A stretch of DNA of 64,000 bases from contig CAXXQE010000001.1 in NCBI GenBank assembly GCA_963665615.2, forward strand, positions 699,151 to 763,150. The letters are read 5' to 3'. Under the pieces are notes generated by a model. That model worked only from the letters and a program-made list of their open reading frames with translations. It was not told the DNA's origin and ran no database searches. Made by a program: the position numbers and the translations under genes. This document shows, in pieces, positions 1 to 9,515 of the stretch; within the stretch, counting starts at the first letter, position 1, and each line of letters begins with the position of its first letter. Source of the stretch: Syntrophales bacterium (lineage in GTDB: Bacteria; Desulfobacterota; Syntrophia; Syntrophales; UBA4778).

Positions 1-239
1 CTCAGATCCCCTGCCTGGGACACAGTGGCCGATCGTTTGATGAGCAGCAGGCGCCAGTCGGACAGCGCTCCGGCCTCCTGATGATAGGTCAATGGAACCA
101 GCACCCCCGCCGCACTCCAGATATCGCGTTGCCTTTCAATGCACAGGAGCCTATCCGAATAATCGATCGGGACATTTCCCAGTTTTTCGATCGTTCGGTT
201 CAGAAAGCGTGTTTTATCCGTTAAAAACTCAGTCATCAT
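1..239 (-). CDS. NUDIX hydrolase (CoA-pyrophosphatase-like), 5' part only; runs off the window start
   Basis: Manual translation: MMTEFLTDKTRF...SAAGVLVPL...LLLIKRSATVSQAGDL, resembling the AAVLVPL...LLTKRS..(H)xG(D/Q)IS segment that precedes the NUDIX box in NudL-type enzymes. Confidence 0.65.
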   Translation of the reverse strand, partial: MMTEFLTDKTRFLNRTIEKLGNVPIDYSDRLLCIERQRDIWSAAGVLVPLTYHQEAGALSDWRLLLIKRSATVSQAGDL

Positions 240-304
240 AGGAAAAGAGGCATTTGTTCTATCGTCGGTAAAAGGTCTATTGATGCGTCGTCCCAGTCAG
301 AAGA

Positions 305-419
305 TTGAAGACTCACCGGAGCAAGCCCCAGCGAATCTCCGATCCTTAACGAAGATGTCTAAACATGATTCGTTGGCTGCCCGGCATGCTGTGAGGAATG
401 CACTTACTGCCGGATTCAA
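305..419. repeat. Short MITE/REP-like palindromic element, copy 1
   Basis: TTGAAGACTCACCGGAGCAAGC...GCGAATCTCCGAT matches the reverse complement of about 44578-44616; ends TTGAA/TTCAA. Confidence 0.75.
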
Positions 420-579
420 CGGGATAGAGTGATTCTACCACGGGTTCAGCGGCAGTGGTCAATTTTTTCAATTCTTTTTGTTCAATTTCTAATTATTTTG
501 TTGGAGACTGCCGAAATATAGATGTTGTAAAATAACGGCCAATCGGTAAAATATCCGCAGGTATTAGGAGGATAAACCG

Positions 580-1266
580 TTGCTGACCCCGGATAAATAC
601 GACAAGTTGCTCAAGCAGATTCCCTTTCTATCGAAACTGTCGGAAGTGGAATTGCGCCGGATCATCATCCGCAAGCATTTCAGTAAAAATCAGGTGATTC
701 TCTATGAAGAGGACACGGCGAAGTTTATCTATTTCATCTACTCAGGCAAGGTCAAGGCTGTTCAACTGAGTGTAGATGGTAAGGAACGGATTCTTGCCAT
801 TCATAAAAAGGGCGATTTCTTTGGAGAAATGGCTATTCTTGACGGCAAGAGTTCCCCGGCGACGATTGTGGCTATGGAGGACGCCGAGATCGGTTTTATC
901 TCAAAAGAGGACTTCGATTGGTACCTTATGAAAAATGAGGAGGTGGTCAAGGGCATTATTGCCATGCTGTGTGAGAGATTGCGAGAAGCGTGGCTGATGT
1001 TGAAGGTAACGAGCTTCGCGGATGCCGAACATCGAATGAGGGCTGTTCTCGCTCATCTCGGCGATCAGTTCGGTATCAGTGACGTCAGAGGGCGAATGAT
1101 TAATTTGAAGCTAACTCATAAAGATCTCGCTCACCTGGCTTCCATCTCCCGTGAGACGGCAACACGCTTCCTCAACAGTTTTGAAAAAAATGGTGAAATT
1201 GAGATCCTGGAGAGCAAAACCATCCTCTTAAAGCATGAATTTCTTGAGAAACTTAACACTTTGTGA
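580..1266 (+). CDS. CRP/FNR family transcriptional regulator
   Basis: cNMP-binding fold (FFGEMA); C-terminal HTH LTHKDLAHLASISRETATR with CRP-type R-E-x3-R recognition residues; RBS AGGAGG before TTG start. Confidence 0.95.
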   Translation: MLTPDKYDKLLKQIPFLSKLSEVELRRIIIRKHFSKNQVILYEEDTAKFIYFIYSGKVKAVQLSVDGKERILAIHKKGDFFGEMAILDGKSSPATIVAMEDAEIGFISKEDFDWYLMKNEEVVKGIIAMLCERLREAWLMLKVTSFADAEHRMRAVLAHLGDQFGISDVRGRMINLKLTHKDLAHLASISRETATRFLNSFEKNGEIEILESKTILLKHEFLEKLNTL

Positions 1267-1277
1267 TCCCCATCACA
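1262..1277. promoter_or_regulatory. CRP-type binding site 1 (perfect TGTGA-N6-TCACA), overlapping the regulator's stop codon
   Basis: TGTGA TCCCCA TCACA. Confidence 0.8.
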
Positions 1278-1427
1278 TCATATCCTCCCAAAATCATCTA
1301 ACAAATAATCTGGAAACATCGGACCGGCGCTCAGGTGCGGGCACCTGCGTTCTGGTATTTGTGCACCGCTTGAAATTCATCGAATCGATAGAGGACGATG
1401 CGAAAACCCGGAACAATAATCGATCTA

Positions 1428-1470
1428 TGTGATGTATGTCACCTCGAATAATCGCAGCATAGCCGATAAT
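1428..1470 (+). promoter_or_regulatory. CRP-type site 2 (TGTGA-N6-TCACC) plus candidate -10 GATAAT in class II geometry
   Basis: TGTGA TGTATG TCACC at 1428-1443; GATAAT at 1465-1470 would place the site centre at -41.5. Confidence 0.7.
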
Positions 1471-1523
1471 AGGTTCGAAAGGATAGGCGTATCAACAACC
1501 TTAGGGTCGGGAGGTGCAAGGCG

Positions 1524-1811
1524 ATGCAAGTCCTTTATTTGACAATCTGGAAACTCGTCAAGGGAGCTGTTTTGATCGTACTCTTGGTCGGTCTGCTCAA
1601 TTTTGTTTTAACGCCTGGCGGTTTTGAGGAAAAGATGGCTGGTGCCTATGTGAAAACGTCATGCCAGATTGGAGAGGTGGCCCGCATCGGCAGAACCGTC
1701 TTCGTTGATGAAAGCGACAATATGGTCCAGGTCGTCGGCAGTGGTGTCTGGAAACTGAGACAGGAGGAAGATCGCTCAATCAGGATGAGCATAGGGCCTT
1801 CTGGGGACTGA
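1524..1811 (+). CDS. Small hypothetical protein with N-terminal TM helix
   Basis: RBS GGAGG; hydrophobic GAVLIVLLVGLLNFVL; first gene of a tightly packed operon. Confidence 0.65.
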   Translation: MQVLYLTIWKLVKGAVLIVLLVGLLNFVLTPGGFEEKMAGAYVKTSCQIGEVARIGRTVFVDESDNMVQVVGSGVWKLRQEEDRSIRMSIGPSGD

Positions 1812-2447
1812 GTGGAGAAAAACCGGATGAGTAAGGTCTGCATTGCCAAAAGAAGGACGTTGTCAAGATCTCATGGCGACAGTTCCGTTGTTCTAAAGGG
1901 GCTTCCGGAGATTTCATGCATCAAGGATCACCTTGAGGACGTGATTTCGGTCAAGGTACCCGTCGAACGGGGGGCCATTCAGCGCAGCGCCAATGCCGAA
2001 ATGCTGGCGGGTGAATCGCCCGAGGGGATACGCTATGAAGTCAACCCGCAAGACAACGGTCTGCTCATTTTAAATATTTATCTGAATAAAATCGAATCAG
2101 TGAGTCTGTTGCGAACGGCCCAGGTGTGTCAGATGCTGCAAGTCGGCAAGAGGGCGGTGAGAGGATTAGTGCAGTCGGGTCACCTCAAAAGCTACCTGAT
2201 TGGAAAACGGCGGCGTTTTCTGTTCACCGATGTTCTGGAATATTTGGCAACGAGTCGGGAAAAAGGTGACGAGTCGATGACAGACAACGTCAAGGCGGGC
2301 CGCCCCGTCGATCCGCCTCATTTTGCAACAGGTGTTCACCGGACAGTTGAAAAAGTGTCAGTGCAAAGTCTTTTAGAGGGCGCGCCGGGTCAGACAGACA
2401 TCGATTTTCATGTCCTTGCGACAGCCGAATCCTGTTCGGCGAGATAG
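1812..2447 (+). CDS. Excisionase-like (HTH_17) DNA-binding domain protein; start uncertain
   Basis: LLRTAQVCQMLQVGKRAVRGLVQSGHLKSYLIGKRRRFLFTDVLEYL is a typical Xis/MerR-like wHTH. Confidence 0.75.
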   Translation: MEKNRMSKVCIAKRRTLSRSHGDSSVVLKGLPEISCIKDHLEDVISVKVPVERGAIQRSANAEMLAGESPEGIRYEVNPQDNGLLILNIYLNKIESVSLLRTAQVCQMLQVGKRAVRGLVQSGHLKSYLIGKRRRFLFTDVLEYLATSREKGDESMTDNVKAGRPVDPPHFATGVHRTVEKVSVQSLLEGAPGQTDIDFHVLATAESCSAR

Positions 2448-2457
2448 GGAGGTGCTT

Positions 2458-4587
2458 ATGTATTATCATTATTGGCAGCTTCATAAACCGCCCTTTGATA
2501 ATGTTCCCGATCCGTCCATGTACGTCGATTGTCATGCTTCTCTAGAGAATGCCATCGCGGAGACGTTGTTCTCGATTGAGGAGGGCAATGATTGTCTGGC
2601 TGTGATTGTCGGCGATGTCGGTCTGGGGAAAACGCTTTCCATCCGCATGGTCATTGATTCTCTGTCGTTGGAGAAGTACCGGATCGCCATTGTGACGAAC
2701 CCGGGTATTTCCTTTATTCAGTTGCTGGGTGAGATTGTGGGGCAGTTGACTGGGGCTGTGTGTCACGAGGCGAAAAAATCCGACCTGCTGGAAAAATTCA
2801 ATCAGATTCTATTTGAAACAGCGGATGAAGGAAAAAAAGTTTTAATTTTTATAGATGAAGCCAATGCTATTACCCCGGCCAACCTGGAAAGCCTGCGCCT
2901 GCTGACCAACATGCAGGACGACAGCAATAATCTGTTCACGATTATTCTGGCCGGTCAGATTGAATTGGCTCGAAGGCTCGAACATCCCAAGCGTGCGAAT
3001 CTCTTTCAGCGCATCGGCACGTTTAGCCGCATTGATAAGATCGATTCTCCCGAAATGGTCAAGACCTATATCGAAACGAGATTGAAACTGGCAGGCGGTG
3101 CCGGGTCGATTTTTACGGACGATGCCGTGTGGCTAATCTGGGAATATTCCGAACATGGTGTTCCGCGCCTCATCAACAAGATTGCCAAACTGTGCCTTAA
3201 GGCCGGCGAGACGAACGGTTTTGAACGCATCGAGGCCGATATCGTACGTCAGATCGGCGACCGATTCAAAAATCTGACAGGTCAAGTGATTCAGAAAAGG
3301 AGACCCCGCAAAAGAATCGACACGGAACAGGGGGGGAAAGAAAGCGTCATCGAATCGTGTATGACATCAATGCAATCAGAGTCGCCTGTCGCCGATGCGG
3401 TAGATCCATTCGACGCAATGTCCGTCAAACATGAACAGAAAACGGTTTTCACGCCGCCGCCGGAATATGCTTTGACTGTTGCGGCGGCGGTAACGATGAA
3501 AGACGCAGTGAACGCCGCCGATGCTGTCCCGTCGACAGGGCCTTTGGCGTCCTTGGACGCGTTGATCGAATCTCCGGAACTGCGTGGTATCGAGGCAGCT
3601 GAGGCAAGCACCTCTGATCAGATGACACAGACAGTGGATGGGGGTACTGTTTTCGATGCGGTCGAGGACAGCGAGAGGGAAATGATAATCCCTCAATCTC
3701 TTGACAATTCAATTAACCCAAACAATGCGTGTTTGGCGGAACCCGTTCAAGAAGAGCACGTCAAACCGCTGTTGATTGCCGCCGCGCCAGTGCCGCCGGA
3801 TGGACATGCGCTGATGCCGGTTGAGGCGATTGAGACGTCGGCAGGAATGGTTGCTGATCGTTACATGGAAAACGGTTTGGATGTTACGCGTGATTTGTCC
3901 GAAATATTCTCTCTGTCACCTCAGGAATGCCATGGTGCGGATGCACCTGAGGATGTTGCAGTATGCTATGGCGAAGACGATACCCCTGAACCTTTGCCAG
4001 AGCATATTGAATTCGGCAGCGAGAACATTCCCCGTGCCTTCCCGTGGGGTAAGCGAGCGGATCATGACGGAATACCTTCCTTAGGCCTCGGAGATTCTCA
4101 GGAGCTTGCTCCGGGGGATCTTCAGTGTGAACCGCCGATCATCGCATTCCGGCCAGCTACTGAAGACGGTTTTCCTTCCCAGGAAGCAAGGATCTACACA
4201 TTGCATTCAGATTCGACTTTAGACAGCGACGACGATTGTGAGGAGGTTGTTCCTACCGCTGCGGCGTCTCATGCCATAGCGTTTTGCACAACCGCAGAAG
4301 CGGCGTTGACGGAAACTCCTAAGGAATCTTTTCAGATTCGTGGAGTGGAAGTGGCTATCGAGATTCCCAGGGAAATGCTTCGCGATGCACGCTTTATGAA
4401 GGAGGAGCAGCTTTTGAAGTCCGCGGGTATTCTTGCTGCGCAGGTTTTAAAAGAACACAGGGAGTTGACAGCCGATCCGGCGGCTGATCCATTTTTGTTG
4501 TGGGACGATATCCGGAAGATTCTTGTGGAACGCTTGCAGAGAGAGGGAAAAGGAGTAGGCGATTCGGTGCGTCTGGCGGTGTTATGA
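2458..4587 (+). CDS. ExeA/GspA-like AAA+ ATPase with long acidic linker and small C-terminal domain
   Basis: MYYHYWQLHKPPFDNVPDP N-terminus, Walker A GDVGLGKT, Walker B FIDEA, GVPRLINK motif; RBS GGGAGG before ATG 2458. Confidence 0.85.
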   Translation: MYYHYWQLHKPPFDNVPDPSMYVDCHASLENAIAETLFSIEEGNDCLAVIVGDVGLGKTLSIRMVIDSLSLEKYRIAIVTNPGISFIQLLGEIVGQLTGAVCHEAKKSDLLEKFNQILFETADEGKKVLIFIDEANAITPANLESLRLLTNMQDDSNNLFTIILAGQIELARRLEHPKRANLFQRIGTFSRIDKIDSPEMVKTYIETRLKLAGGAGSIFTDDAVWLIWEYSEHGVPRLINKIAKLCLKAGETNGFERIEADIVRQIGDRFKNLTGQVIQKRRPRKRIDTEQGGKESVIESCMTSMQSESPVADAVDPFDAMSVKHEQKTVFTPPPEYALTVAAAVTMKDAVNAADAVPSTGPLASLDALIESPELRGIEAAEASTSDQMTQTVDGGTVFDAVEDSEREMIIPQSLDNSINPNNACLAEPVQEEHVKPLLIAAAPVPPDGHALMPVEAIETSAGMVADRYMENGLDVTRDLSEIFSLSPQECHGADAPEDVAVCYGEDDTPEPLPEHIEFGSENIPRAFPWGKRADHDGIPSLGLGDSQELAPGDLQCEPPIIAFRPATEDGFPSQEARIYTLHSDSTLDSDDDCEEVVPTAAASHAIAFCTTAEAALTETPKESFQIRGVEVAIEIPREMLRDARFMKEEQLLKSAGILAAQVLKEHRELTADPAADPFLLWDDIRKILVERLQREGKGVGDSVRLAVL

Positions 4588-5573
4588 ATAGGTATGTGCA
4601 GACGACAGTGATGAGTGCGCGGGAAGAGGCTAGACGTTGGTTTTCCGCGGCCTGTCGGTTCGATCTGGCCTCTCAACAGCAAGAGGCCGTGGAGGCCTAC
4701 CGGAACAGCATTCGGTGCGATGAATCCTTTCCCGACGCATACGTGAATCTCGGTTTTATTTACCTGCAGAACGCAGATTACGACGAGGCGGTCAAATGTT
4801 TTCGCAAGGTCGTCGAATTAGAGCCCGATAATCCAGAGGCACATAATAATCTTGGCTATGTCTACGAACGAATGGAGCGTTACGGCAGCGCCAAACAGAT
4901 CTATAAGAAGGCATTGAGACTATGCCCCGGCCACTTGGAGGCCATCATTAATCTTGCTCACATCGATGAGTTGGAAGGCGATTACCATACTGCGGTCGGC
5001 GGCTATCAACAGGCAATTGCAATTGATCCGGATGCAATCGCTCCCCATTTCTGTCTGGCCGTTCTTTACGGATTGTATGACATGTTTGATGAGGCCCTGA
5101 TGGAGTATGAAATTGTTTTAGAAAAAGATCCCTGCCACATCAAGGCCATCTTTAATATGGGTATCCTCTATGCTCAACTTGGCGATAATCGAAATGCAGT
5201 CGCCATGTTTGAAAAAATACTGTCCTTGAATCCCTCATCTGCCGAGGCCAGAAACAATCTCGGCTCGACTTACGTGGCGATGGGGCTTCTTGAAAAAGCC
5301 GAAGAACAATTCAACTTGTCCCTTCAATTAAATTTACTTCAGGAAGAAGCGAATTTGAATTTGGCATGCCTTGAATATGGCAGATATCAATCAGGGGTGA
5401 ACGGTGATGAACTTAAACAGAAAATTGTTCGGCGACTTTATCTTGTCCTTTCCATTAATTCAAACAACCATAGGGCACAGAAACTGCTGGAAGATCTAAC
5501 CGGAGTTTCAGGTCTGGATGCGGATAACTTAAAAACGCATCCGCCAGTGGGCAATGCGGTGAGGAATAACTGA
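4584..5573 (+). CDS. Tetratricopeptide repeat protein
   Basis: Multiple TPRs (AYVNLG, AHNNLG, ARNNLG); ATGA overlap with the upstream stop. Confidence 0.9.
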   Translation: MNRYVQTTVMSAREEARRWFSAACRFDLASQQQEAVEAYRNSIRCDESFPDAYVNLGFIYLQNADYDEAVKCFRKVVELEPDNPEAHNNLGYVYERMERYGSAKQIYKKALRLCPGHLEAIINLAHIDELEGDYHTAVGGYQQAIAIDPDAIAPHFCLAVLYGLYDMFDEALMEYEIVLEKDPCHIKAIFNMGILYAQLGDNRNAVAMFEKILSLNPSSAEARNNLGSTYVAMGLLEKAEEQFNLSLQLNLLQEEANLNLACLEYGRYQSGVNGDELKQKIVRRLYLVLSINSNNHRAQKLLEDLTGVSGLDADNLKTHPPVGNAVRNN

Positions 5574-5583
5574 TAATCCGGCC

Positions 5584-8190
5584 ATGAATGCAGAAGGGTA
5601 TTGTGCACAGGGTGATGCGTATGTCGCCAAAGGGCTCTATGAGATGGCGATAGCCCAGTACTCCCGAGCCATTGAGGTGAATGCTCAGTTTGATCGCGCC
5701 TACACGGGGCGCGCGCTGGTGTACTGTCTCCATCTCCAGGATTTGTATGACGAGGCCCTCTTTGATTTCACCAAATCTATCGAGTTAAATTCGCAAAATC
5801 CCGTAACCTATCATGGGCGCGGGATGATTTACTATATGAAGGGCTTCTATGATCTGGCATTGCCAGATTTCACCAAGGTCATTGAATTGAAACCAGCCTG
5901 GGGGGCGGGTTTGTATCTATCCCGCGCCAATATCTATATCCAGCTTAGGCGATTTTTGGATGCAGATAAGGACCTATCGACGGCGATCGAACTCAACGAA
6001 GAAAACGCCCAGGCCTATTGCAATCGCGCGGTTGTTCGGTATTTCCTTGAACAATACCTGTATGCACGTTTGGATGTCGATTGTAGCCGGCGTCTGGGTG
6101 TCGATATTGGAAGCTGTATCTGCAATGAAGAGTTTCTATGTTGGCTTGAGGCCGGTTGCCCGGATGGACAGGTTACAGTAGCAGACGAAAAGAAAGATCA
6201 GGTTGAGACGGATTCATTAAAAGAAGCTATAACAATACAGGGGATTCATGCTGAGGAATCTATCGATGAAATTTTTGTGGTAAAAGAAACAGCGGTAGTG
6301 GCAGCCGATGAGGCGCTCTTGAAGAAAGAAGCAGCCATGATCGAAACAGCGTCTATAGTGGAAACAGCTTCCGAAGTAACTGAGGAGGCAATGGATGGGA
6401 TTGGCGAAGTGGAGACGCAAAAAAAGTCTGCCGTAGACGAAGAAGAGGTCGTCACTGAAGTCCTCGCTCAGAAAGAGTCACAATTCGGCGGCAAGACCAT
6501 TGCGACGGAAGACGCCTTCGAGGAAGTCTCGGCGGTGAAAGAGATATCTGTTGCTGAAGCAACTGAAGAAACAGCTGAGATGGTAAAAGAAGAACAAGCC
6601 ATCGGGAAAACGCCGCTTGTTGATGCCGCTCCTGTTTTGGAATATGCACCTATGGCGGAAGTCGTTTATGAAGATACGACCGACGCCGACGTTGCTGAGG
6701 CGAACATTGAAGAAACAACGATTTTAGCGACTGAAGAATCCACGGTCGCTGAAGCGGCGGCCGTTAAAGAGGGTATTGAACTTGGGACTGCTGAAACCGA
6801 GGCAGATACGCCTATTGCGGAAATCATTGCCGATGGGGAGATGCAGAGCTCTGTCCAGACCATAATGGCAGAGGCGGTTTCCATGGGAATCTTGGCGGTC
6901 GAGCATGAAGCAACGGTTTCGGAAACTCTCTTAATGGAAGAGGCAGCTGCAGAAGAAACGGCTGAGTCCGAAACCTTTGAAGATGTGCTGCTTCTTGAAG
7001 CTGCGTCTGTTGAGGAGGTATCGACACTTGCTGAAGAAGCCGTATTTGAAGAAGTGGTCGAAGAGAAAATAGATACTGGTGTTGCTGAAGCGGCGGTTAC
7101 CGAGCAGGATGTGCAGTCTAAGGTTGCTGTATTCCAGGAGGGGGCGTCTGCCACTGGAATCATTGCGGAGGAAGAGCCTCGGGACACTGCGGAGATCGAA
7201 GCTGCAAAAACGGTTATTGGGCAAACGGAGGCCGCAGGCGAAGAAGTTACTGCAACGGAAGCGGCTGTCACCGAACAGGCAGCTGAGCTTGATGCTGCCG
7301 TTGTTGAACTGTCAGATATAATGGTTGTGCTTCAGGCGATTGCAGACGAAGTATTTATTGAGGATAAAGCTGCGGAGCTTGATATGGAATCCCAGTCTGA
7401 AGCAGACTTTGATAATGAAGAAATGCCACTTGTGGAGATCTGTTCCGCGTATGAGGTACAGGCTGTCGTCGCGGTTGAAGAAATAGTGCAAGGTACCGTT
7501 GAATCTGCCGCCGCTGACTATCAAGCCCCAGTGGAGGCCTTTAAACGCGACTTTGGGGGTCTTAAAGAAAGAATACTCATTGAGTCAGCGAGTGCCGACG
7601 TTGAGCCCGCCGCCTTGGATATTGTTTCCGAAGGCCCCATAGCGCTCACAGTAGAAACCGACTTTGAGGAAGCAGCGTTGGATGTTGAGGGGAGTGTGGG
7701 AGGAGCTTCCATGAGGGAAGAGATTGCAACGATTGAAGCTGCGTCTCATCTGGAAGCCGTCGTTACTGAAGAAGCTGTGCCTATTGCCGAAGTTCTCTTT
7801 TTGAAAGAGTCAGAAAGGGCGTTTCAAGAGTCATTAGAGGAAGAAGTCGTTGAAGCCGAAATAGCCGTGCCTCACGATGAGGCAGTTGTTTCTATTGTCT
7901 GTGAATCTGGTCAAGATGTAGAGGTTCGCGTTTCCGTTTCTCCGATGGAGTTATGTAAGTCGGTCGAGACGCGTGTAGCTGATGATAGTAACGGGAAAAA
8001 AGTCGATGCGTTGGCCGAGCTCTTCATCAAAGTATCTCAGACTTCGCGCAAGGCGGCAAATAAGCCGGCCATACCGGTACCTGAGCTCAATGTGAATAAA
8101 GCGCTGGAACAAACGCCTCGTCGGGACAAGGGATCTGTCATCGATTTTCCAGCGGCGATCAAGGCGTTAAAATCAGCGGGAATCTTGTAA
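5584..8190 (+). CDS. TPR protein with about 600-aa Glu/Ala/Val-rich low-complexity region
   Basis: N-terminal TPRs (AYTGRA, TYHGRG, AYCNRA), then an acidic pseudo-repetitive stretch and a basic C-terminal tail. Confidence 0.85.
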   Translation: MNAEGYCAQGDAYVAKGLYEMAIAQYSRAIEVNAQFDRAYTGRALVYCLHLQDLYDEALFDFTKSIELNSQNPVTYHGRGMIYYMKGFYDLALPDFTKVIELKPAWGAGLYLSRANIYIQLRRFLDADKDLSTAIELNEENAQAYCNRAVVRYFLEQYLYARLDVDCSRRLGVDIGSCICNEEFLCWLEAGCPDGQVTVADEKKDQVETDSLKEAITIQGIHAEESIDEIFVVKETAVVAADEALLKKEAAMIETASIVETASEVTEEAMDGIGEVETQKKSAVDEEEVVTEVLAQKESQFGGKTIATEDAFEEVSAVKEISVAEATEETAEMVKEEQAIGKTPLVDAAPVLEYAPMAEVVYEDTTDADVAEANIEETTILATEESTVAEAAAVKEGIELGTAETEADTPIAEIIADGEMQSSVQTIMAEAVSMGILAVEHEATVSETLLMEEAAAEETAESETFEDVLLLEAASVEEVSTLAEEAVFEEVVEEKIDTGVAEAAVTEQDVQSKVAVFQEGASATGIIAEEEPRDTAEIEAAKTVIGQTEAAGEEVTATEAAVTEQAAELDAAVVELSDIMVVLQAIADEVFIEDKAAELDMESQSEADFDNEEMPLVEICSAYEVQAVVAVEEIVQGTVESAAADYQAPVEAFKRDFGGLKERILIESASADVEPAALDIVSEGPIALTVETDFEEAALDVEGSVGGASMREEIATIEAASHLEAVVTEEAVPIAEVLFLKESERAFQESLEEEVVEAEIAVPHDEAVVSIVCESGQDVEVRVSVSPMELCKSVETRVADDSNGKKVDALAELFIKVSQTSRKAANKPAIPVPELNVNKALEQTPRRDKGSVIDFPAAIKALKSAGIL

Positions 8191-8417
8191 TTTCATTCTG
8201 CTACCATTTATCGTTCAACAATTTTCGGTTTGGCTGAAACGGTATTGGATCGGTCATTTTTTCTCTTCTGTTTCCTATCGATTGTCTATTCTTCTAAAAA
8301 ATCATGAACCGCCTGTAATTATTTTTGTTTTCTCCTCTTTCGTACGATGACTATATTCGGAAACCGCTCTGCATACTTGAGCCGACTTATTAACTGTGGT
8401 AATAAGAAACGACGCTT

Positions 8418-9404
8418 ATGATAGATTCATTCAATAGAAATATTAATTACCTTCGAATATCTATTACGGATCTCTGTAATCTTCGGTGTCGATATTGTAT
8501 GCCGGAAGAGGGATTATCCCTTTTAAATCACGGAGATATCTTACGATATGAAGAGATTTTGAAAATTGTCGGCGCTGCTGTTTCTCTGGGGATCATAAAG
8601 GCGCGGGTCACTGGGGGAGAGCCGCTCGTTAGACGTGGCGTCCTTGATTTTCTCAAGGCGCTTCATCGGATTGAAGGTCTTCAAGAGGTTACGTTGACAA
8701 CTAATGGCGTTCTCCTTGATAAGATGGCGGGCGCCTTGTATGAGACCGGTGTGAAACGTATCAACGTGAGTCTCGACACGCTGAATCCCGAAAAATATAA
8801 TTATATAACGCGAGGAGGGGACCTGCAAAAGGTTTTGGATGGCATTCATATGGCCCAGGCAGTCGGTTTTTCGCCAATTAAAATCAATGTCGTCGTCATG
8901 AAGGGTTTCAATGACGACGAACTCTTTGATTTTGCTGAGATGGCCATCAGGCATCCCTATCAAGTCAGATTTATCGAGCTCATGACGTTGGACGAGGCTC
9001 GTATGCCGAACGTTCAGCATCTTGCCAGCGCTCCTCTAATCAACTGCTTGAAGACAAAGTATAATCTTGAACCTGTAAAGAAAACTCTCGATACCGATGG
9101 TCCGGCCAGCGTTTACCGCATAGAGGGCGGCATTGGTCAACTGGGTTTTATCGGTGCCGGCGATCGACATTTGTGTAAGACTTGTAACAGGATCCGTCTT
9201 ACCTCAGACGGGCATCTGCGCACCTGTTTGCTTTCCGATCAGGAGATTGATATCCGCTCCTCCCTACGCGCTGGTTGCAGTGATCTGGAACTGCTTGAGT
9301 TGATCAAGAAGGCCATTGAGGCCAAAGCGGAAGCGCGCGATGACGGTCATGCAACGGAGCCGGTCAATAAATACAGTAGATCCATGTCGGCTATTGGAGG
9401 ATGA
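8418..9404 (+). CDS. moaA: GTP 3',8-cyclase (molybdenum cofactor biosynthesis)
   Basis: YLRISITDLCNLRCRYCMP radical SAM motif, C-terminal CxxCNRIRL and terminal SAIGG. Confidence 0.97.
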   Translation: MIDSFNRNINYLRISITDLCNLRCRYCMPEEGLSLLNHGDILRYEEILKIVGAAVSLGIIKARVTGGEPLVRRGVLDFLKALHRIEGLQEVTLTTNGVLLDKMAGALYETGVKRINVSLDTLNPEKYNYITRGGDLQKVLDGIHMAQAVGFSPIKINVVVMKGFNDDELFDFAEMAIRHPYQVRFIELMTLDEARMPNVQHLASAPLINCLKTKYNLEPVKKTLDTDGPASVYRIEGGIGQLGFIGAGDRHLCKTCNRIRLTSDGHLRTCLLSDQEIDIRSSLRAGCSDLELLELIKKAIEAKAEARDDGHATEPVNKYSRSMSAIGG

Positions 9405-9515
9405 GAGCGGTTTTTTTTAGGTGCTTGCTTCGGTTTTTGTTCGGAGTTCATTCGTAGAGGGATTTCCTGTCCGATTTTCAGACGAGAGGATCAGTCTAGA
9501 TCGAAAGGGATTTCG

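Noticed and set aside
1812..4587. Prophage, ICE or Tn7-like element suggested by the Xis-like HTH and AAA ATPase
   Set aside because: No integrase, transposase, att repeats or phage genes in the window; the ATPase has an ExeA-type N-terminus
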